Source: Deltaproteobacteria bacterium RIFCSPLOWO2_12_FULL_60_19
GTDB taxonomy: Bacteria; Desulfobacterota; Binatia; UBA9968
DNA length: 64,000 nt
Assembly: GCA_001798595.1 (NCBI GenBank)
Contig: MGSS01000144.1
Location: forward strand, 14,032 to 78,031
Direction: 5' to 3'
The position numbers were made by a program, and so were the translations under genes. Below the pieces are notes generated by a model. It made no database searches and was not told the DNA's origin. It saw nothing but the letters and a program-made list of their open reading frames with translations. This document shows positions 57,225 through 64,000 of this stretch, one piece after another. Positions within the stretch are counted from its first letter, which is position 1. Each line of letters opens with the position of its first letter.

Positions 57225-59159
57225 TTAGTCCTTCCACAAATTGTTGGCTGCGTACTTTAAGACCACGTCCACGCAACTCGCGCAGTAGCCGTGATCGAGC
57301 AGGTTCTTGACCATCGCGTTGTATTTCTCGCTCTGCTCCTCGTCGCGCGTCCTGGCTTTGGTAATCACGCGGCTCAAGTCCCGCACCGAAGTCATCAGTT
57401 TTTTCTCGATCGCTTCCGTGAGCGGCTCGTAACTTCGGTAGTCGATCTTTTCCCCTCTGCGGTTGGCCGCCCACAGGTAGGCGATCACCTCCTGGCGGAA
57501 ACCGTCGGCGGCGGAGCCGATGATGGCGATCTGCTCCTCGATGGATTTCATAAAACCTTCGTCCGGCGACAGCTCTTCCTTGGTGTTGCGGTCCTTGACC
57601 TTGCTCTTGTTGACGTAAGCCTCGGCGTGGTCGAGGTAGTTTTGGAACAGCGATTCGGCCTGCTCGCGGTACGAATAGACAAACGCGCGAGTAATCTCCT
57701 TCTCCAAAATCTCCAGGTACTCTTTGTGCAACGTGTCCTGGAGAAATTCCAGATACTGCTTGCGCATGTCGTCGGGCAGGTCGGCCTCCTTGACCATATT
57801 GATCAACGCCTCGCGGACGTTGATCGGATTGATGCAGTTGCCCGCGGTGTTGTCCGACAGGGCGTTGTCCAGCGCCTTCATGATAAACCGGGTCGATATC
57901 CCGCTCATGCCCTCGCGCTTGGCCGACTCGCGCAGCTCCTGCACGTCAACTTTTTTCGTCCGCCCCTTCTCCACAACCTCTTCGCCGTTGTAAAGCTTGA
58001 GCTTGGTCATGAGGTCGCACTTGTTGGTGGGCTCGAGGCGGGAGAGGACGGCGAACATAGAGACGATATCGAGGGTGTGCGGCGACACGTGGGCGTGGAA
58101 GTCGGAGTGGCGGATGATCTTCTGGTAGATCTTGACCTCCTCCGAGAGGCGAAGGTTGTAGGGGACTTTGATGACGACGATACGGTCCAGAATCGCCTCG
58201 TTGGTATGATCGGCCTTGAACTTCTGCCACTCGGCTTCGTTCGAGTGGGCCACGATGACGGTGTCGACGTAGACCAAGCCGTGCCTTCCGGGGGCCGGGA
58301 TCACCTTCTCCTGCGTCGCGGTGATCATGCAGTGGAGATACTCGATCTCGTTTTTGAAGACCTCGATAAATTCGACCACGCCGCGGTTGCCGACGTTGAG
58401 CGCGCCGTTCAGCTCCAGGACGCGCGGATCGCCTTCGGAATAGAGGTCGAGCTTGGAGATGTCTTCGCTGCCGATCAGGACCGAGGTGTCCTGGTTGTTG
58501 GGGTCCACCGGCGGCACCACGCCGATCCCGACGCGCGTCCGCTTGGAAAACTCTACGGCGCAGACGGGGAACTCTTCATAGCGGCCGTTGAACTCCGCCT
58601 TCAGCCGGTAGCGGCAGACCGGGCAGAGGTCGCCTTCGATGTGAACTCCCAACATCTTTTCGAATTCTTTGCGCAGATGGCGGGGAATCAGGTGGAGCGG
58701 CTCTTCGAACATCGGGCAGCCCTCGATCGCATAGAGGGGTAGGCTCTCTTCGAGGCCGCGATGGAGTTTTTCAATCAGCGAGCTTTTGCCGGAGCCGACG
58801 GGGCCCATCAGGTAGAGCACCTGGCGGCTCTCTTCGCCTTTCATGGACGCGGCGTGAAAGTAGCGAACGATTTGCGCGATGGTCTTTTCGATGCCGAAGA
58901 ATTCGTCGGCGAAGAAATGGTGGACCTTGAGGTTCTCGTCCTTGTAGAGACGTTTGATCCTGGGGTCGTCCGTGTCGTGAATGTCGCGGACGCCCGGCTT
59001 CATCACGATGTCGTAGATGCGCGCATGGGCCAGCTTGGTCATCGAGGGAGTCTCTTTGACCTTGTCGAGATAGCCCAGCAGGTTTCCTTTCCAGGCCCTG
59101 ACCTGGCTTTGGTCACGATCTTTGCGGATCAGAGACTCAAAGTCCTTGTGTTCGTTCAT
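57225..59159 (-). CDS. prkA: PrkA/YeaG serine protein kinase (AAA+)
   Basis: LMGPVGSGKS, NRGVVEFIE.FK, AHSNEAEW, EAILDR, EGMSGISTRF. Confidence 0.95.
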   Translation of the reverse strand: MNEHKDFESLIRKDRDQSQVRAWKGNLLGYLDKVKETPSMTKLAHARIYDIVMKPGVRDIHDTDDPRIKRLYKDENLKVHHFFADEFFGIEKTIAQIVRYFHAASMKGEESRQVLYLMGPVGSGKSSLIEKLHRGLEESLPLYAIEGCPMFEEPLHLIPRHLRKEFEKMLGVHIEGDLCPVCRYRLKAEFNGRYEEFPVCAVEFSKRTRVGIGVVPPVDPNNQDTSVLIGSEDISKLDLYSEGDPRVLELNGALNVGNRGVVEFIEVFKNEIEYLHCMITATQEKVIPAPGRHGLVYVDTVIVAHSNEAEWQKFKADHTNEAILDRIVVIKVPYNLRLSEEVKIYQKIIRHSDFHAHVSPHTLDIVSMFAVLSRLEPTNKCDLMTKLKLYNGEEVVEKGRTKKVDVQELRESAKREGMSGISTRFIMKALDNALSDNTAGNCINPINVREALINMVKEADLPDDMRKQYLEFLQDTLHKEYLEILEKEITRAFVYSYREQAESLFQNYLDHAEAYVNKSKVKDRNTKEELSPDEGFMKSIEEQIAIIGSAADGFRQEVIAYLWAANRRGEKIDYRSYEPLTEAIEKKLMTSVRDLSRVITKARTRDEEQSEKYNAMVKNLLDHGYCASCVDVVLKYAANNLWKD

Positions 59160-59690
59160 TCCAACGGCACCTCCTTTCGGAGTCAATCCTGCAATCTGGG
59201 AAAAATATAGGTTGTCTTCGCTGGAATGCGCCCGGCCGGTGGCGATTCGATTTCCTGTTACGCATGGAAATTGGCAGCGGCTGGTGCGCGCTGCAGCGCA
59301 GCGTTGTCGGGTATCGGAAGCAATAGCAGGGGAAGAGAAGTAAAAGGGGAGGTGTTTGTCTTGAAGATCAACCAGAAGCTCTTTAGGGTCAGCACGCTAC
59401 CTTCTCTCCCTAAGGATCCCCGTCAATTCGAGCCGAGGCGCCCTCTAGTTGATTGGACGAAGGGGAGCAGCGCATCTTCAAAAGGGCGTCCACAGCCCCC
59501 ATTGAAACTCTATTCTTCCCCAATGTCAAGAAAATTCATCAGTCATCACCGTGCGCCGCCTCCTTTCAGAGAAGATAATCGGCCGATGCCGCGCTATCCT
59601 TTAAGCAAGCGATATGTTCACACGTTGAATTTCCGTATCCGTTGCGGACTTCGGTCGGCGGAAAACGGCAAAGCTTCGCGCGGATTTTGG

Positions 59691-60515
59691 TCAGGGCTTC
59701 CAGCCTTGAGTGAAGAGATAAAAAATCGGAGCTGCGGCGATCCGATAATAGGCGAACGGAACCAGGCTCCAGCGGTTGAGCAGCCGAATGAAAGTTTTGA
59801 TGGTCGTCAGCGCGACAACATACGAAACCACGAAGCCGACCGCCAACTGCGCGATGTCGGCGCCGGTGAGAGCGTACGCTGTTTTCAAAAGGTCGTAACC
59901 GGTAGCCGCGGCCATCACGGGAACGGCGATCAAAAACGAGAACTCGGCGGCCGCCTTGCGATCGAGTCCGAGGAGCATCCCTCCGGCGATGGTCGCCGCG
60001 GCGCGCGAGGTGCCGGGCCACAAGGCGAGTATCTGAAACAGCCCGACTCCCAGAGCTTGACCCAGGGTGATCGAGTCCAGCGAAGCGGAAGGCCGGTTGC
60101 GGATATGACGCTCGACGAGCAGGAGGCCGGCGCCGCCCGCCGCGAGAGCTAGGCTGACCGCCCTCGGATTGAACAGATGGCGCTTAATGAGACCGTGCCC
60201 GAGATATCCAGCCACCAGCGCCGGGAGAGTGGCCGCCGCGATGCGCAAAACTCCATCCCAGCCGTCCAATGTCGAGCCGAGGACCAGGGACTGCGGGCGT
60301 TCGCGGGGAAGGAGGCGCAGGAACCGCTCGCGGTAAAGCACAAGAACCGAGAGCACCGCGCCAAGCTGTATCGCGACTTCGAACGTCGCCGCCTTCTCGC
60401 CGACGAAGCCCAATAGATTGCCGGCGACGATGAGATGGCCGGTGGAGGAGACGGGGATGAATTCGGTCAGCCCTTCGACGATGCCCAGGACGGTAGCGAT
60501 GGCTAAGCTCTGCAA
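59691..60515 (-). CDS. uppP: Undecaprenyl-diphosphate phosphatase
   Basis: GIVEGLTEFIPVSSTGHL, IQLGA, PGTSR, AAEFSFL. Confidence 0.96.
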   Translation of the reverse strand: MQSLAIATVLGIVEGLTEFIPVSSTGHLIVAGNLLGFVGEKAATFEVAIQLGAVLSVLVLYRERFLRLLPRERPQSLVLGSTLDGWDGVLRIAAATLPALVAGYLGHGLIKRHLFNPRAVSLALAAGGAGLLLVERHIRNRPSASLDSITLGQALGVGLFQILALWPGTSRAAATIAGGMLLGLDRKAAAEFSFLIAVPVMAAATGYDLLKTAYALTGADIAQLAVGFVVSYVVALTTIKTFIRLLNRWSLVPFAYYRIAAAPIFYLFTQGWKP

Positions 60516-60845
60516 AATTTATCGCCCTCCGTGTCACAAATACGCTGAAATTGGTTGCCCGGAAAGTCCGTGGTGGTTTGCGAAAAGACCAGGAGGAATT
60601 TTGGTTCCAAACAAAGTAAAGTGTAGCACCATGTCGCCGGGCAAGTCAAAGAAAAATCCGGCAAGAAAAATCGGGCATGCGTCGATCCGCACGCGGTGAG
60701 ATCGTTGAGCCTTGCCATCGTCGCGCCGATACCGAAGCCCAAGCGGTGGGCATGAGCCGCGATAGCGCTTGACAGGCTCGGCTTAAGCCTGATAGAGGCG
60801 GCTATCCATAGGAACATACCTTGTTTCAGCAATAGGAAGGTTGGG

Positions 60846-63374
60846 ATGGCCTACCCGAGTCGGCGTCGAACAGGCTGGTTGTGGATCGTGGCGTTGGTCG
60901 CGTTTGCAGTAACCGCCGCGACTCTGGTTTCCTCTCTCCAATGGGTAAACCGGACGTTTCCGGGGTTTTTCCTCTACGGGAACCTTACCGTCGCGCCCTA
61001 TTTTCTCCCTCACTGGAGCGGCCAGCGGGCCGGCTTGGGTTTTTTGGACCGCGTGGTCGCGGTCGATGGCGAAACGATTGCCGCGCCTGAGCAGATCTAC
61101 GATCGTTTGCGCCGTTCGCCTGCGCAGGAGCCGATCCGCTACACGGTGAAGCGGCGCGGCGAGACGATCGAGCTTGCCATTGCCCCGATGCGGTTTTCGT
61201 TTCAGGACTGGCTGCTGAGTTCCGGAATCTACCTGCTGGGAGGCTTGGGATTTCTGATCATCGGGTTCACTCCTTTTTATATGCGCTCCTCCGCTCCTGC
61301 GGCGCCGGTGCTGTTTTTTATGGCGAGCGCTATCTCGGTATGGTTTATTTCCACCTTCGACTTTATGACGGCGCGCCAATGGCCGCTGGCGGTGCGTCCC
61401 TTTGCGCTTGTTTTGACCTGTGGCGGGGTGATCCATCTCGGGCTTGCCCTTACCCGAACCCGCGAAGCGCTGAGGAAACTCCGGTGGCGCCTCGCCATCG
61501 TCTATGGCGTCTCTTCGCTGTTGGGGTTCTTCTTCGTCTTCACCTTCAACGGTCCGCTTGATCTCTGGCGCTGGAGCCAACGGCTCAGCTACGGCTATAG
61601 CCTCCTTGCGGCGTCGCTTCTACTCGCATTTTTGGTTGCGGCGCTGCGGCGGCCGGCGACCGCCTTGGAGCGGTCGCGTCTGAAAGTGGTCTTGTTCGGC
61701 GCGCTACTGGGCCTCTGTGTGCCCGCCTTCGGCACGGTCCTGACGAGCTTCTTCTCCTGGTCGATTCCTTACAACATATCGTTTATTCCGGTGGTGTTCT
61801 TCCCGTTGTCCGTGGCGTACGCGCTGCTCAAATACAGCCTGTTCGATCTCGACGTCGCGCTTAAAGCGGGGGTCATTCGGGCGGCTTTGGCGGCGGCGCT
61901 CCTGCTGATCTACGGCCTGTTGGTTTCGGTTTTGGGAGTGGGCATCGGCGTCTATGCCGAAGACGCGCCGGTTCCGATTTTTTTTTCCATCCTCGTGGTT
62001 GTGATCTTCAATCCCTTGCTCCGTTGGATCGAACCGGCCGTGGACCGCTACATCTATCGTAAGGAATACGATCCGAGGCAGTTGCAGACGGATGCGAGCG
62101 CGCTGCTGCGCTCCCTCTCGCGGCCCCAGACCGTGGCGGAAAAATCCCTCAAATTGATCGGCGAGCGCATCGGCCTCGACGCCGCGCATTTATTCTTTTT
62201 CTCGGCGGATAACGGTGGGCCGGTGACCGCCTCGCTTAATACCGAGAGCAACCCGGATCGCGACCTTCTCCTCCGGCGTACGCATGGTCTCTGGTCGGCT
62301 CATTTCGGAATCGCCAGGAAGGGCGCTTCGAAGAGCGAATGGCTGACGGATGCCGCCAGCCGGGAGAACCATGAAGAGTTGGCCCACGTGCTCACGGCCT
62401 TGAAATCGGAACTCCTCATCACGATCGTTTTTCAAGACGAGGTTCGAGGGATCCTCGCGCTCGGCAGAAAAACGTCAGGCAGGGAGTTCAACGGCGACGA
62501 TTTCGCCTTGCTCTGCGCCTTGGCGGACCAGCTTGCGCTTGCGCTGGAGAACGCCACGCTCTTCGAGGAGTCCGAGCGGTCGAAGGAGAGTTACCGACGC
62601 CTGTACGACGAAGCTCAAGCCTTGAACCGGAGGCTGATCGAGACGGACCGGCAGAAAAAGGACTTCATCGCCAATATCTCTCATGAGCTGAGAACTCCGG
62701 TGTGCACGATTTTGGGATACGCGGAAGTGCTGCGCGATCCGGCCTTCGCCGGCGATAGCCACGCGATCCTGGATCGGGTCGCCAACCACGGCCGTGAGCT
62801 GTCGCAGCTTATGGATAACCTCTTGCAGTTCTGCCGCATGGAAAGCGGAAGTCTAAGCGTGGCCTTGAGGGAGATGAAGATTGCCGAGGTGTTTCAAGCG
62901 CTCGAGATTGTGGCGCGGCGGCTGATCAAACAGCGGCCGATACAGTTTCGGGTCGAGATGGAATCGTCGCCGGAGACCGTTCTTACCGATCCCGAAAAAT
63001 TTCAGCAGATTATGATGCATCTCCTGACCAACGCCGTAAAGTTCACGGAAAGGGGAGAGATCACGGTGGGAGTCAGACAGGTATGGGAGAAGGACGAGCC
63101 GTTCGTTGAATGTTGGATCGGCGACACCGGCATAGGAATCAGCCGCCAGGACCAGGAGGCGATGTTCGAAGATTTCCGCCAGCTCGAACGCTCGTCGACC
63201 CGGCACTACGGCGGAACCGGCATGGGTCTCGGCCTGTGTAAGAAACTCGCCCATTCACTTGGAGGCAGGATCGAAGTCCGAAGCGAAGTGGGGAAGGGGA
63301 GCGTCTTCAGTCTGCTTCTTCCTGTTCCCAGGCCGCAGACAGAACCCGCCGCGCCGCAAGCAGAAGCGGCATAA
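60846..63374 (+). CDS. Sensor histidine kinase: PDZ-like periplasmic domain, multi-TM, GAF, HisKA-HATPase; orphan
   Basis: AGL..LDRVVAVDG (PDZ-like), about 9 TM segments, YALLKYSLFD, LADQLALALENA, SHELRTP, GGTGMGLGL. Confidence 0.88.
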   Translation: MAYPSRRRTGWLWIVALVAFAVTAATLVSSLQWVNRTFPGFFLYGNLTVAPYFLPHWSGQRAGLGFLDRVVAVDGETIAAPEQIYDRLRRSPAQEPIRYTVKRRGETIELAIAPMRFSFQDWLLSSGIYLLGGLGFLIIGFTPFYMRSSAPAAPVLFFMASAISVWFISTFDFMTARQWPLAVRPFALVLTCGGVIHLGLALTRTREALRKLRWRLAIVYGVSSLLGFFFVFTFNGPLDLWRWSQRLSYGYSLLAASLLLAFLVAALRRPATALERSRLKVVLFGALLGLCVPAFGTVLTSFFSWSIPYNISFIPVVFFPLSVAYALLKYSLFDLDVALKAGVIRAALAAALLLIYGLLVSVLGVGIGVYAEDAPVPIFFSILVVVIFNPLLRWIEPAVDRYIYRKEYDPRQLQTDASALLRSLSRPQTVAEKSLKLIGERIGLDAAHLFFFSADNGGPVTASLNTESNPDRDLLLRRTHGLWSAHFGIARKGASKSEWLTDAASRENHEELAHVLTALKSELLITIVFQDEVRGILALGRKTSGREFNGDDFALLCALADQLALALENATLFEESERSKESYRRLYDEAQALNRRLIETDRQKKDFIANISHELRTPVCTILGYAEVLRDPAFAGDSHAILDRVANHGRELSQLMDNLLQFCRMESGSLSVALREMKIAEVFQALEIVARRLIKQRPIQFRVEMESSPETVLTDPEKFQQIMMHLLTNAVKFTERGEITVGVRQVWEKDEPFVECWIGDTGIGISRQDQEAMFEDFRQLERSSTRHYGGTGMGLGLCKKLAHSLGGRIEVRSEVGKGSVFSLLLPVPRPQTEPAAPQAEAA

Positions 63375-63408
63375 GGGGCGGAAGACAGATCCGCGACAGG
63401 CGCGACTT

Positions 63409-64000
63409 ATGATTTCCCCTTCCGTGCGTTCCGATCTTGCGCCGACGGGCAAGCTGCGCGTCGGCATTAACTACGGGAACCCCGTCCTGGCGACCAAAGA
63501 TTCCGGCAGCGGAGAGCTTCACGGCGTGGCGGTCGATCTGGGGCGGGAACTCGGCAAGCGAATTGGCGTGCCCGTCGAGTTCGTCGCCTATGATGCCGCG
63601 GGAAAGATGGTGGAGGGGCTGAAAAGTAGCGCTTGGGATGTCGCATTCCTCGCCGTCGATCCCGGCCGTGAAGGCGAAATCAGTTTCACCGCTCCCTATC
63701 TCGAGATCGAAGGCACCTACCTTGTGCCGGCCGGATCGCCGCTTCGCGCCGTCGCTGACATCGACCGCAAAGGTGTGCATGTCGCTTTGGCAGCAGGGGC
63801 CGCTTACGATCTGTTCCTGGCCCGCACTTTGAAAAATGCTCAATTGCTACGCGCGCCGGACCCCAAAGCGGCGTTTGAACTACTCGTTGCCGACAAGGCG
63901 GAGGCCCTCGCCGGCGTGAGGCAAACGCTCGTTACGAATGCCGAGAAGCTTCCGGGATCGCGCGTGTTCGACGACCGATTCCTGGCGATCGGCCAAGCGC
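63409..64000 (+). CDS. ABC substrate-binding protein (family 3), runs off the window
   Basis: Manual translation MISPSVRSDLAPTGKLRVGINYGNPVLA...WDVAFLAVDP.R...FTAPYLEIEGTY. Confidence 0.88.
   Translation, partial: MISPSVRSDLAPTGKLRVGINYGNPVLATKDSGSGELHGVAVDLGRELGKRIGVPVEFVAYDAAGKMVEGLKSSAWDVAFLAVDPGREGEISFTAPYLEIEGTYLVPAGSPLRAVADIDRKGVHVALAAGAAYDLFLARTLKNAQLLRAPDPKAAFELLVADKAEALAGVRQTLVTNAEKLPGSRVFDDRFLAIGQA

Noticed and set aside
60540-60610. c-di-GMP or yybP-ykoY riboswitch between uppP and the kinase
   Set aside because: Only fragments resemble the consensus (GCAAACC; AAGACC); core motifs are missing.

Overview
GC-rich bacterial chromosomal window. The gene content (many orphan solute-binding proteins, UbiD, CoxGMS, RpoH, PrkA-YeaH-SpoVR) suggests a deltaproteobacterial or Candidatus Binatia-like organism, which is an inference. 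In order: the right end of a tRNA-Ser(CGA)-integrated island with a DUF1778/GNAT toxin-antitoxin pair; tRNA-Ser(GGA); a KimA-like transporter with truncated KdpD and KdpE; SRP RNA-dnaX-ybaB-recR; acr3-arsC; the pstSCAB-phoU-phoBR operon with Pho boxes; selenoneine genes senA-senB near an AmpG-like permease and a GH84 hydrolase; two RAYT (HuH/Y1) genes, each bounded by GGGGTCAG...CTGACCCC inverted repeats; a Kelch/PKD surface protein frameshifted by a G11 tract in its signal peptide; a group II intron inside a dRS3/REP-like palindrome, with EBS1 complementary to the repeat consensus; rpoZ, rpoH, coxGMS, ubiD, a NEW3-ABC module, trmL and lgt; a UxxC TlpA-like selenoprotein with a SECIS-like hairpin; aroE, prkA-yeaH-spoVR, uppP and a PDZ-multi-TM-GAF histidine kinase. 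All calls come from reading motifs by eye; no database search was run.
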